From the NCBI GenBank assembly GCA_951406725.2, contig OX597815.1:53506001-53570000 (forward strand): 64,000 nucleotides of DNA, given 5' to 3'. Below, in pieces: positions 1 to 14,276 of the stretch. The first letter of the stretch is position 1. The number at the start of each line of letters is the position of its first letter. The notes under the pieces were generated by a model, which saw nothing but the letters and a program-made list of their open reading frames with translations, was not told the origin of the DNA and did no database searches. The DNA is from Octopus vulgaris. Lineage: Eukaryota. Made by a program: the position numbers and the translations under genes.

Positions 1-343
1 AGTAAATCGACCCCAGGACTTATTCTTTGTAAGCCTAGTACTTATTCCATCAGCCCCTTTTGCCGAACCGCTAAGTTACGGTGACGTAAACTCACCAGCA
101 TCGGTTGTCAAGTGATGTTGGGGGGACAAACACAGACACACAAACATATACACACACATATATATACATATATACATATATACGACGGGCTTCTTTCAGT
201 TTCCGTCTACCAAATCCACTCACAAGGCTTTTGTCGGCCCGAGGCTATAGTAGAAGACACTCGCCCAAGGTGCCACGCAGTGGGACTGAAACCGGAACCA
301 TGTGGTTGGTAAACAACCTACTTACCACACAGCCAGTCCTACG

Positions 344-345
<2 letters not shown>
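1..345 (-). mobile_element. tRNA-derived SINE, family A (CORE-type, octopus-like), truncated by window edge
   Basis: Minus strand reads GGCGTAGGACTGGCTGTGTGGTAAG...GGTTTCAGTCCCACTGCGTGGCACCTTGGGCGAGTG (Pol III A/B-box head followed by a CORE-like motif); about 15 copies in the window. Confidence 0.85.
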
Positions 346-426
<81 letters not shown>

Positions 427-760
427 GTAGATATCTTATCTATCTTTCTGATATACTTGCTCATACTTACTCAGTTATTCTTCCAATTATATATTAAAAA
501 TGTGATATATATATATATATATATATGCATACATGTATAAATATATGTATATATTTATATATATATGTATCTGTATCTCTCTCTCTTTCTCTGTGTATCT
601 TCTCTTTCTCCTCTCTCTCTCTCCTCCATTTTTTCTATATATATACATGCTTACATATATGTATATATATTATCTCTCTTTTTATCTGTCTATCTATCTA
701 TCTACATATACATACATACAGACACACATATATATATATATATATGTGTGTGTATGTATA

Positions 761-822
<62 letters not shown>

Positions 823-959
823 ATATATATATATATATATATATACAAGCAATCATATATTGATTAATTCTTAGATATCTATAAATTTTCTATACACATG
901 CCCGCCTTCAAACACACATGCAGACATGCAGACAAATACACACACATATATATACTTAC

Positions 960-1000
<41 letters not shown>

Positions 1001-1021
1001 TAGATATATATATATATATAT
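346..1021. repeat. Compound microsatellite (TA)n/(CT)n/(TATC)n/(GATA)n
   Basis: Directly visible. Confidence 0.95.
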
Positions 1022-1222
1022 CACCTTGATCACCTTGACCGACCAGTCAGTCGGGCGTCCATTTGACACCACTGGTCACAGCACGCTGTCCACTCCTCTC
1101 TAGATCGCGCCTTTCTCATCCACGTAATCCCAACCGTCCTCCTAAAATCGTAACTCCACCGTCGTGGAGGCCTTCCGGGTGGTTGCTTCCGCTCGCGCGG
1201 GTACCACTCGACAACTACGCAG
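1022..1222 (-). mobile_element. RTE-clade LINE 3' end (inverted relative to the adjacent RT)
   Basis: Translates VVEWYPRERKQPPGRPPRRW...W...A.SREEW, the typical RTE C-terminal motif, followed by a short TCAAGGTGA-type tail. Confidence 0.85.
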
Positions 1223-2133
1223 TGGAAAGAGTCAAATACCATCCTGCTGCATAAGAAGGCCGATAGAGAAGATCTAAAGAACTACCGACCCATATGCCTG
1301 CTGTCTCACGTGTACAAGCTGTTCACAAAGATAATTCTGAACAGGTTATCACGTCATCTCGACGAACAACAACCGAGGGAACAAGCCGGCTTCCGGAAGA
1401 AAACAGCACGATATACCATATATTTACTGTAACACAATTGCTTGAGCGAGAGAATGAGTACAAGCTGCCTCTTTGCGTTGCGTTTGTAGACTATGAGAAC
1501 GCCTTCGATAGCATCGAAACCAACGCAGTGCTGAACTCGCTGCAGAGGCAAGGAGTCGAGGCGCAATATGTGCAACTGCTCAGGAAGGCAAATTCCGGAT
1601 GCACTACCGACATAACTCTGCTGTCCTCACCCGTACGAGTGCCGGTCGAGAAGGGAGTGAAGTTAGGAGATACGATCTCTCCAAAACTTTTCCCCGTATG
1701 TCTCGAGCAGATCATCAGAGGTATCGACTGGTAAGGCGGTGTCAACATCAATGGCAAGCTCCTCACCCATCTCCGTTTCACTGACGACATCGTACTCATC
1801 ACTGAAACCACGGATCAGCTTCAGACCATGCTGACGGAGCTCGACATCAAAAGCTCTACAGTAGGTCTCAAGATGAACCGCATGAAAACGAAGTTCATGC
1901 GGTCAGACAACGTACCAACAGGTCGAATGTTGATCGGCAGTGATGAAATAGAGGAGGTAAAGGAATATGTCTACCTGGGACAGGAAGTGAATATGTGCCA
2001 AGATATCGGAAAGGAGATCTCACGGAGAGTAAGGGCCGGATGGAAGGCGTTTAATGGCATAAGGGATGTGCTCAAGGGAAGGTTGGACAGGACCACCCGC
2101 GCCAAGCTCATCAAAAGTACAGTTCTACCTGCA
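1220..2133 (+). pseudogene. RTE-clade LINE reverse transcriptase fragment (frameshifted, with stop)
   Basis: QWKESNTILLHKK..KNYRPICLLSHVYKLFTKII..EQAGFRK; FVDYENAFDSIE; GVKLGDTISPKLF; HLRFTDDIVL; GLKMN..KTK; YVYLGQ. Confidence 0.92.
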
Positions 2134-2612
2134 CTGGTTGATAAGCGACGCATATTACATGACGTCTCCGTTGTGACGCCATTCAACACCGGCAGCGATC
2201 ATCGTCTGGTGAGGGCGAGGGTGGTCATCGACGGGAAGAGGGAGAAGATGGCGCTGTATTTGGCGTCGAAGGGAAAACGTGTCCGAGTCTACAACGAGGC
2301 AAAGCTGCAGGAAGCCACCATGTAGGAAAACTGGTGTAAAGGAGACGACATAGACGATGACTACAACTCACTGATAGGGAAACTGAAGGAGTGTTTAAGG
2401 AAGGCTAAGGGAGTATGCCTAAAAGAAAAGAAGGGACGAAACTACAAAGTTACTCGAGAAGAGGAAAAATATGAAGAGGACTATTGAAGATCAGCTTGAA
2501 TATTCCTTTCTCAGCAGAGTGATTTGTCAGCAACTAAAGAAAAACTTAAAGAAGCTCTTGAAGACCGTAGAGGAAAATAAGAGCCTCAAGAAATGCAAGA
2601 GGGACATGGGAC
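2134..2612 (+). pseudogene. RTE LINE endonuclease C-terminus/linker fragment, out of normal order
   Basis: LVDKRRILHDVSVVTPFNTGSDHRLVRARV contains the APE-endonuclease SDH motif, which normally lies upstream of RT. Confidence 0.75.
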
Positions 2613-2670
<58 letters not shown>

Positions 2671-3318
2671 AATGTATACATAAATGTATACATACATACA
2701 CATGTATCTACATATATACATATGCATGTATATAAATATTCATATGCATATATATACACATTGAGTTGTACGTGAAGCACTTTTGTAGGAATATATCAGT
2801 AATGCAAACATTCGTTCCGCTTTACAGACCGGCAGGATCCAAAGCTATCAAACTATTTTATCAATATTTCAGTTATTTTTTGCATAAATATTTCATATAT
2901 ATCTAGCATGTTATCGTAGTATTGCATTAACATGTAAAATAGGATAAACAGCAGTGGTTTTCTGCTGTACACATATTTGTTATTAATAGTATTTTCAGTG
3001 TCTATATATATATATCTAGCTGTCTGTCTGTCTGCCTGTGAGTGTGTGTGTGTGTGCGTGTATATATATGTATGTGTGAGTGTGTGCATATATACATATA
3101 TATATGTATGCATGTATGTATAAATATATATACATATGAATATATATATATATATGAATATTTATATACATGCATATATATATATATGTGGACAATTGAT
3201 AAAAGGTGTTTTTTTCTAATTTTTTTTATATATATATTATATTGTGTGATATTTGATTTAGTATTTCTAAATTGAATTTTTTCCTTGTAAGTTTGGATTT
3301 TATTTCCTTGTATATATA

Positions 3319-3390
<72 letters not shown>

Positions 3391-3397
3391 AAACACA

Positions 3398-3549
3398 CAC
3401 GACGGGCTTCTTCCAGATTCAGTCTACCAAATCCACTCACAAGGCTCTGGTCAGCCCGAAACTATAGTAGAAGACACTTGCGCTAGATGCCACACAGTGT
3501 GACTGAACCCGGTACCATGTGGTTGGTAAGCAAACTACTTACCACACAG
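3398..3549 (-). mobile_element. SINE family A, 5' half
   Basis: Matches positions 182-330 of the first copy. Confidence 0.8.
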
Positions 3550-3733
3550 TTATATCTTACCTTTTAGGCTAAATGTAAAGGTAATTTTACATTAAATTGA
3601 AAGATTAATTAATACTTTTGTGACAGTACAGATGTGATATTCTTCAAGAAGAGACTGCGAAGTTTTGGCCAGCTAAACTATCATCGGATTGTGATATACA
3701 TACATTCATACACACACACACACACGCACACAA

Positions 3734-3799
<66 letters not shown>

Positions 3800-4031
3800 T
3801 CACAATGAGAATATTGAAACCTCTTATAGAGATATTTTATTATGCATTATATTTTGACGAGGCGTTTCTTCAATGAATATATTATATAAAATACCGAAAA
3901 ATATCGAACATTATTATCGAGTTAAAAAACAGAGATCTGATGGATACAAATTAATTAATTCATTCATTCATTCATATCCATTAGATCTCACTGTTTTCTA
4001 ACTCGATAATAAATTCAATTAACTAATATAA

Positions 4032-4124
<93 letters not shown>

Positions 4125-4128
4125 CATG

Positions 4129-4162
<34 letters not shown>

Positions 4163-4582
4163 TGTATGCACGTACGTATGTATGTATGTATGTATGTATG
4201 TATGTATGTATGTATGTATGTATGTATGCACGTACGTACGTATGTATGTATGTATGTATTTATATACATATACCAGATTATATATTGACAACTATATCAA
4301 TACTGTAAAATAACTACCCTTCTATATACAACATCCTCAATAATATATAAGGTATATATACATAAACGCTGTCTCATATTTCAGTTTTATCTTTACAATA
4401 TGACATACGTACACTCAAAGAATCATCCATACATACTCGTACACTTATACATACATACCTACATACATACATAAATATATATATATATGCGTATCCATAC
4501 ATACACACACACACTTATCTAAAGATTTCGATATAGTCATATTTAGTATATATGCATATATATATATATATATAATGATATT

Positions 4583-4711
<129 letters not shown>

Positions 4712-4770
4712 GTATATGCGAATGGCTTTGTGAAGCAGTGCCGATTTTTACAATTCCGTAAATAGTAATA

Positions 4771-4994
4771 ATAGTATTTTATAAGCATATAGCTTATAGC
4801 GATCACTGCGCAATGACTAATGAGAATAGTTTAATAATGGGGGCATAGAAGCTCTTGACAGAAAAATGGGTTCGTGTCAAATGCGTACGGAAACCTACTT
4901 TTTTCTGTCGAGGGTTTATATGCCTCATTATTTGACTATTTTCTTTAGTCATTGCGCGATGATCGCTATAAGCTTTAAGCATATAAAATACTAT
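4771..4994. repeat. Long fold-back inverted repeat (~105-bp arms, short spacer)
   Basis: ATAGTATTTTAT..GCTTATAGCGATCA..GCGCAATGACTAA.. pairs with ..TTAGTCATTGCGCGATGATCGCTATAAGC..ATAAAATACTAT; a single-arm copy lies at ~45480-45590. Confidence 0.85.
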
Positions 4995-5415
4995 ATAAAA
5001 TACTATTATATATATTTATATATATATATATATATATACTCACATTTATTTGCAATAAATATATTCACCTAATCATTACAAATTTAACTCTTTCACAAAC
5101 ATAAGAAATTTCTGTTCTCCGGCAATTAATTTTGGTTTCAAATTTTTTCAAATGGCCAGCAATTTCAGGGTAAGCCGCAAGTCGATTACATAGAATGCAG
5201 TACTCAACTGGTATGTATTCGATCGCCCCTTCGGGGTGTGTGCAGAATGGCCATCACAGAGGGTGTATGAAGGAATAAAATAGGAAAATGGGAAGAATGG
5301 GATTGTGTCCGAGGCCAACAACGCCCTGGACACACGAGGAAGGGAATATGCAGTCATTCATTCATTTTGACATACAACCACACACACACTTTTGTTGTGT
5401 TGTGTGAGTGTCTGC

Positions 5416-5537
<122 letters not shown>

Positions 5538-5592
5538 TACATATATATATGCACATGTATGTATGTAGGTATGTATGAATATGTATATATAT

Positions 5593-5825
5593 GAAGGCAC
5601 GTGGTTTCGTCATCAAGGTATTAGTTTCACAATCTTCAGGGGGTGAAGTTGTTACCCGGTGCTGCATTTTGTCCTTGAGCAAGACACTTTATTTCACGTT
5701 GCTCCAGTTCACCCAGCTGGCAAACATGGGTTTTGTGTAACGCTAAATCACCCTGATAAAACATTGAAAACATGCGACTAGCAGGTTAATCTCGTGAGCA
5801 GGCTGTTCAATTGATTGGATGAACT
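5593..5825 (+). mobile_element. SINE family C-related, degenerate
   Basis: GAAGGCACGTGG...GTCCTTGAGCAAGACACTTTATTTCACGTTGCTCCAGTTCAC shared with 30797-31138. Confidence 0.65.
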
Positions 5826-6029
5826 AATCGTTGTAATCGTTATTATTATTATTTATTATTATTATTATTATTATTACTCCTCCCATGTATATATAATATG
5901 GTTCACTCACACTCAAACACACACATACACACACATTCACACACACATATGTATATATATATTTATATACACATATATGTATATATGTATATACATACAC
6001 ATATATGTATAAATATGTATATGAAGGTA

Positions 6030-6346
<317 letters not shown>

Positions 6347-6729
6347 ATATATATATACATATGTGTTTAACCATATATATATATATCAACACGCGCGCGT
6401 GCATACACACATGCACACACATACATTTACATATACATAATTACATATATCTATATATATGTGTGTGTGTGTTTGTGTGTGTGCTTACACACTTGTGCCA
6501 AAACAGAAATGCTGAAGTAAATAAACATATTTTCATTAATATCTTATTCTTTTATTCTGTATATCTTCTGATACAGCACATTTCATCACAAAATATGTTA
6601 TTTGATACAAAACAGAAGGTATGTGCTTTTTTTTCTATTCTTTTCAATAAATATATGCTAACAGCATACCTTGTTGATAAAATTCCAGATATTCCTCGTG
6701 ATGAAAACTGCAACACATGTACACTTCAT

Positions 6730-6777
<48 letters not shown>

Positions 6778-6876
6778 CATCCCTTTTCGGCCTCAGTACA
6801 TCTTACTCTATGCTGTGTGTACATATCTATGCATATATATATATATCTTTATAAGTTATATATATATATATATATG

Positions 6877-6950
<74 letters not shown>

Positions 6951-7053
6951 TATACATACATGCATACATATATATACATACATATATATGCACATCTATA
7001 TACACACACACATATATATATATATATACATATACATACATACATATATATAT

Positions 7054-7086
<33 letters not shown>

Positions 7087-7261
7087 CATACATATATGTA
7101 CATGTATATACTTAATTGTCATATATGTGCGTATATATACTTAATGGTCATGTAGACACACGTATGTAAATGGGTGTATGTATATGTGTACGTGTATATA
7201 TATATATATATAAATAAACATATGTATATATATATACATACATGTACACACACATATACAT

Positions 7262-7329
<68 letters not shown>

Positions 7330-7899
7330 AATATTTTTATACAGTGCTTTAGTCACTGATCGAATATATGTCCATATGTGTATATGAAGTACAGAGATGT
7401 ACCTATTGATCTCTCTCTATTACCAAGTAACTCTGTGTAATAGTGCAATTTCAGAGAAAGCTCACTGATATTTGTGTTAACAGTATAATTAATAATAAAG
7501 AAATAGATAAATTTATTAATTGCGTGGAGAAATTAATAACTATATTAGTACTGCAAAATTTTATTCATAATTGAATAGAATAGTTAATTAGTAATTGAAC
7601 AATTACTTGATTTATTTATTCTAAGATTAATTAAAGAATTAATGGGGATTAATGGGAGTACTGAATATAGAAATTATTAACTAAATAATAAAGATATAAA
7701 TTATTGATTTTAAATATTGGCACAAGTCCCCACGACTTTCGAGATAGAAGTATAATGAATTATATCCACCCCAGAATATATTTTATAGGCCGCGAATCAT
7801 GAAAGTCAAAATTCTCCTCCGGTAGAATTTGAACTCATAACTGGGGAGTGACATTAAATATTAAAAATCTATAGATAAATTAAACAATGCATTTGTATA

Positions 7900-8287
7900 G
7901 GCGCAGGCGTGGCTATGTGGTAAGAAGTTTGCTTCTGAGTTCAGTCCTACTGCATGGCACCTTGGGCAAATTTTCTCTCTTGTAAGGCCCGGGCCAATCA
8001 AAGCATGTGAGTGGTTCTGGTCGAGAGAAACTGAAAGAAGCTCGTTATATATATATATATATATGTATATATACAAGTGTATGTCTTTACGTTTGTTCCC
8101 CACTACCGCTTGAGAACTGGTGTAGTTTGTTTACGCCCCTGTAACATAGCGGTTCGGCAATAGAGCGACCGATCGAATAAGTACCAGGCTTTAAAATTAA
8201 GTGCTCGAGTCGATTCATTCGACTAAAACCCTCCAAGACGGTACTACAACATGGTCGCAGTCTAATGACTGAAACAATTAAAAAAAC
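7900..8287 (+). mobile_element. SINE family A
   Basis: GGCGCAGGCGTGGCTATGTGGTAAG head, CCTTGGGCAAA core, ..ATGACTGAAACAA + A-rich tail. Confidence 0.85.
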
Positions 8288-8299
8288 GAAAGTATATTT

Positions 8300-8515
8300 T
8301 GATATCAGATAAATTCCTTCGCTTTTCTTTTTCCATTAATTTTAATCATTTCAGTGTTATTTGAATTATCGAGAAAACTTTTTTATCGTAGTGTTTTATG
8401 ATTTTTGCAGTTCTGTTATTTCACTACAAATTTTACTAATCGTTTTTGAAATTTTAATAGATTGTATCCTTTTCAGACATATGACGATGGAGTGCCAAGT
8501 AGAAAAAAAAATGAA
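8300..8515 (+). mobile_element. Mariner 5' end remnant
   Basis: ATG at 8487 gives MECQVEK, resembling a mariner transposase N-terminus, then breaks off; recognition from memory only. Confidence 0.4.
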
Positions 8516-8779
8516 TGAAATTATTCAGCAATTCAGTATATGTTTACAGGATATGTAGTAACTAGAGGATTAGATAAATGGGAATTAGTACTTTCCTGTA
8601 TTGCACGTATAATGTTTGTGGTTATTCTTTATCTTTTGATTTCCAAATGTATTTGGACAATGTGATATTTTCCAAGTGTTGGCGCAGCTTTTTGAGTGGA
8701 TGTTTTGTGAGAAAAATACTGACTTTATAGAATTATCCACCCTCACTATTCTTTAACTAATGCATCTCTGTAAGCAATA

Positions 8780-9480
8780 TTCACACTCTTCTTTCCTAAA
8801 TACTTGTGTATTTAACAAAGGGGCTGAGATTTGGCTCAGTGTCTAAGTGTCTACCTCAATACTTATTGCTATAATAGAATCAATAATTATTTCTTTATCC
8901 CAAGTCAGGGGGCATATTTTCTCAGAAAAGTTAAAATGTGTTGTTGTGACATTGATGCATTTGCCAACTTTAGGCGATCAAATATATTCCAGTGCTTATC
9001 TGAATTCGGTACTGATCCTATTTGATAATAAAGTCGTTAGAATCATTTATTGGTTTCAGAAGCTGCACTGCTCTCGCATGGCCGCAATTCACTTTTGTTA
9101 CTAGTGAATGAGTAAAAAAGTATATCTAATTCCATTGATTTGCCTAGATATTTAAACCATATTGGTTCAAATGCAGGATATATGTAATCGATGAAACTAA
9201 GATCAATGGTAACAGTGTACCGAGAATATGTTTTACAGCCATCAAATTATGCTTGATAGAACCGGCTTTCATTCTCAATGCTTGCATTGGGGGTGAAGTA
9301 GTCAGTCCTTATTACTGAGAAGAGAACAAATGTACAGGTCTGTGGTTACAGTTCGGTAAATTATTTACTTAAAATCTCCTGCTGTATCAGTGCCCGCTAT
9401 ATTACATCAGCACTCTACTAGTCCTTCGAGTGTTTCCTATCTATACATTATTATGAAGAAGATACCATCTCAGAACAATA
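8780..9480 (-). pseudogene. Highly decayed LINE reverse transcriptase
   Basis: Minus-strand relics in correct RT order: DGI-like (~9465), NHRPVHL (~NYRPISL, ~9345), AGF-like (~9265), FD (~9245), HKYLG (~8800). Confidence 0.4.
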
Positions 9481-10655
9481 TAGATTCTTGTGAGCAATGA
9501 AGTCAAAAAGGTAATGCTATATTTTGCCAGTTACTGTGACATCATATTGCCTATAGAGAAATGTGAGGAATGATTTACTTTCAGCAATTGCTTACATTGG
9601 TGGAAAGTCACAAACCTCTATGTTTAAGCCCAGAGAGAAATTTATTTGTTTCATCTGAAAGATTGTGTTAGATGTCTAGGCATTTTCTCAGTGTTTATAT
9701 TGTTCGCATTGCTTAACATTTATTTAGCGGAGAAGCATTATATAAAATCAAAAGCTGCAAGCAAGTACAACAAACTTCAGATTTACGAATCTGTCCTGTA
9801 CAGTTCCTTCACATGATTGCGTGAGAGTGAAAATATTGTTTGACATAAAATTATTGAACCTTCGTTTTAAAATACGAGGTTTACTGCGTGTTTTTACCCC
9901 CACCCTACCCCACTTCTACACATTATTTCTTTGAATCGACTTTTTCATTTGTCCCTACGCTATTGTTATGATATTGATTCTAGATCAAATGCTCATATAC
10001 ATTCCTGAGCTGAAAACCGGAAGGCGTCAAATTTATCATTTTACAATTTCTTAGTATCAGTCAAAAGTATAATAGCGACAAATATAACATAATGTGTAAA
10101 GAATTTTCAAATATTGAAAAATTTCCTGAAGCTTTGAATATTCTATGCCGTTTCATATTGAAGATGAGACATAGTGATAATGATAACCAAAAAATACAAA
10201 AATAAACTTCCTAAAGCGAATTTAATTTGAATTTTATTCGACATGTCTCTTCATTGATTTATGAATTCTAGTATACAAGCACAAATGATATAAACCTGGA
10301 TACCTTACTGCAATTTAGGCTTGTATCGCAATCTACTGTATTGAAGTTCTGATACGTATAAAGTAAGTATCATTTATATATTGTTTATCTGTCCTCCCGA
10401 TGATATCCCCTATCCATACAGTAAACAGCATGTACCAAAACAACGAATCGTTAAATTGTAGTCTCTTTTCTTTTTCCAGTAATCAGATCAGTCCGTGTTT
10501 ATTTTATACTTGAAAGGTAGATCTTTTCGTTTAACGACTGTTAATTATATATGTAATCTCTCATTCATACATTCATTTATTTACGTTCTTATTTGGTGGT
10601 ATGTCGACAACGTTGCGATAAGTTCAAACATTTGCTTTAGTGTGTGAATTACGTC

Positions 10656-10709
10656 ATGCAAATACAGCAATTTATGCGATGCAAATATTTTGAATTAATT
10701 GATGCAAAT
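10656..10709 (+). promoter_or_regulatory. Cluster of three POU octamer motifs (ATGCAAAT)
   Basis: Perfect ATGCAAAT at 10656, 10679 and 10702; TTACGTCA bZIP/CRE-like site abuts the first. Confidence 0.45.
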
Positions 10710-10861
10710 TTCATGTATATAAATGTACTGGCATGATCTTAGATCATCGTTATTGTATTCAGTCTCGCTCTCATATTTTTCAGATAAATTTTGGCAATGG
10801 TAGCATCATGTTTCACACGGATGTTCCATGAAGTCCTTTCCTATGTAGACCATATACATAC

Positions 10862-10906
<45 letters not shown>

Positions 10907-10909
10907 CAA

Positions 10910-10967
10910 AATAAGCAACAAGGATATCCATATACTGCATTACCTCTGGATATCCTTGTTGCTTATT
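10910..10967. repeat. Perfect 21-bp inverted repeat with 16-nt loop
   Basis: AATAAGCAACAAGGATATCCA / TGGATATCCTTGTTGCTTATT. Confidence 0.9.
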
Positions 10968-11105
10968 ATTATTATAATCACCCCATTTTGAATTATATGG
11001 ATAATACCATGCCAAAAATTAACTAACTAAATTCTGGTGCCTTTAACTTAAGTACCGTATGCAACTGAATCTAAATTTTTACTGAACTTATATATATCTA
11101 TATCA

Positions 11106-11450
<345 letters not shown>

Positions 11451-11459
11451 TGTGCATGC

Positions 11460-11534
<75 letters not shown>

Positions 11535-11945
11535 CACACGCACACATTCACATACCCCCCTTTTACATGCACACATATATTCGCTCAGAGTTGAAACGCT
11601 GTTTGATTTATTTTTATAGCATACAATTTTCATCATCCCACTACCAAGTATGACATCACCCCTTCCTTCTTTATTCATCTATCACCCTTCTTTTCTCATT
11701 CATAAGCACAAGAGTATTATTATTGTGGATTTTCTTGGTAACCATGGGAGCTATGAAAAAATACAAAGCCCAGCATCACCACTGGATCATTCTACACATC
11801 CGTGCAATTTGTCGCGCAATTCCATCCCAAGACAAGAAAGAATCGCCCATATCAAATTTATATGTATACAAATATAGAAAGACATCCATAAATCCATACG
11901 CCTTCATAGTTATACACAAGCACACACACACATTCGCACAAACAA

Positions 11946-11986
<41 letters not shown>

Positions 11987-12437
11987 ATCGTTATAAACTT
12001 TGTCTGCAACATTAAGTGTCAAATATTATTTGTAAATTTAGTTGGGTATATGATAGAATTCATATTTAAAGAGCATTGAGGAACTTAATGCATGGATTTT
12101 ATTGTCGTCGACCACAAATTATCGTTATTAATGTGTGCTGTGTGTGCGTGCATCTTCCATCACATTGTGTTTCTAGTAATCAAATGTACACAGAAGTCTC
12201 CGAATACGCGCCACCTTCGTCAGCGATTCTGCAGAATGTTTCGTATGTGTGACAGACTGTTCAAATACGCCGCAACGTAGAAAACTACATCGAACAAAAA
12301 TGGTCGAAATGTGAAGAACAGGATTATTTGCCATTTGCTATGCAAAAGAATTATCCTCGAGTACTTAAATGGCCGGAATAAACAGCAATCCGAATTAAAA
12401 TAAACTCATGGAAATGAGTTGTTATAGTAATTATATT

Positions 12438-12643
12438 AGTTTCAAATTTTGGCGCAAGGCCAGCAATTCCGAGGAAGGAGTACATCGATTACATTGACCC
12501 CAGTGCTCAACTGGTACTTATTCGCTGACCCCAGAAGGATGAAAGGTAAAGTCACCTTCGGCGGAATTTGGACTCATAAGGACGGGTGAAATGCCACTAA
12601 GCATTTCTTCCAGTGCGGTAACGATTCTGCGAGTTCACTGCCT
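12438..12643 (-). mobile_element. SINE family B with 19-bp target-site duplication
   Basis: Core ..ACTTTACCTTTCATCCTTCTGGGGTC..AAGTACCAG; flanked by TTGTTATAGTAATTATATT at 12419-12437 and 12644-12662. Confidence 0.85.
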
Positions 12644-13439
12644 TTGTTATAGTAATTATATTGATAACTATTTTGTTGTTATACCGAAAACCTTTCTTTG
12701 TGCAAGCGATCACCGATAGAAATCAATAAAATTATAAATAAATAAATATCACATAGATTGCAGTTATAAACTAACACTGCTTCTGACTGGTGTTATTTAT
12801 ATTCCTTATGCTCTTTATCTCAGTGGTTGAACAGTTCGACAAATTGGTGGAGATGGTGTAAGAAACAGGAAAGTATAGATAAAGTAAGAGGCTAAGAGGC
12901 AAAAGTTCTGAAGTCAAAATGATCGACAACACTTATGACGGTGGTCACTAGTATGGTCGCAGTCCAATGTATGAAATCAATAAAGAAAGCTACAGTGGAA
13001 CTTTTTTCTTAGTTAGCCAAATGCTGGGTAAACTTTAATTGTGTGCTGTCTGTTCCGTTGAAGAAAAGAGAGATAAAAACTCTTCTGGATGATGAAGATG
13101 AGGTGGAGGAGGAGGAGGAAGAAGAGCAGGGAGAAAAACAGAAGACATGCAAAAATGTATCCATGGTGATGAGAAGAGAGATTGCAATGGCAGCTCTAAT
13201 TACAGATAAAGAATGAACAACAGTAATAAATGCAAAGATATGTAACATCAAGCAGCGAAAGATGACTATAGTCTGTTGCTAATACATTTACATACACATA
13301 TGTACATTACATATTCATTTTAATAAACATATCCACATACACACGTACACATCACATTCGTTTCACTTACATAAGGCACAGTCTCCTATGCATATATATT
13401 GGTGGTCTATCTTTTCCTTCAATATAGCAAGTATATATA

Positions 13440-14198
13440 TCTACTACATATGTGGAAAACCAGTGTGTGCTTGTTTGTGGCGTTGTTAGCTAACTCATCC
13501 TACATTGTTTTATTGATTTTGATTAAACTTGACACGTGAGTAGAACTCATGTCTGGAAACCTCGTGACATACCTAGATTGTTGAAAAAAATCGATAATAC
13601 GGCCCGTGGAAGAGAACTTTATATCTACCTCATACAACTAATGTTTTTTTAAACACCCAAGGGAAATAACCTATAGCACCTGTCCAATATTTTTTTAACA
13701 TTCAAGGGAAATTACCCATTTCATTGTTTATGTTCGATTACTTTAAATATTGATTTTTTTGTGTATCTTATTTCGAATTTTTGCACACAATATAACTTCT
13801 TTACTTTATTTGACACGTGAGTAGAACTCAGGTCTGGAAACCTCGTTACATACTTAGATTGTTGAAAAAATCGATAATAGGGCCCTTCCAGTGGATCCTT
13901 CTATCTACTACATATTACTAATATTTCATTTAAACAACACAAGGGAAAAAACCCATATCACCTGCAGATTTTAGCGAAGCGATCAATATTTGATTCTCAA
14001 GATCGGCCGACCTAATTCTGCATTTCCCTACTCACAGTTTTGAACTGCTAAACATTATTATTGCACTTCCTTAATTTGAATCTTAAGCATTAAACAGTTT
14101 TTGTCCTTTTTCGTGACGAATTGCTTTCTTATATCAGAGTAATAAGGCGTTTCAATAGAACATCTTTACTCCCGGGAACTACCGGGTACACCAGCTAG
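13440..14198 (+). mobile_element. Non-autonomous Helitron with internal ~150-bp direct repeat
   Basis: A|TC 5' end; 3' CCCGGgaactaCCGGG hairpin then CTAG|T; TTGACACGTGAGTAGAACTCA.. block at ~13529 and ~13810. Confidence 0.7.
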
Positions 14199-14237
14199 TA
14201 TATATATGTGTGTGTGTGTCTGTGATATATGAAAAGA

Positions 14238-14276
<39 letters not shown>

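Noticed and set aside
7480-7700. Dense TAAT/ATTA cluster
   Set aside because: Explained by extreme local AT content
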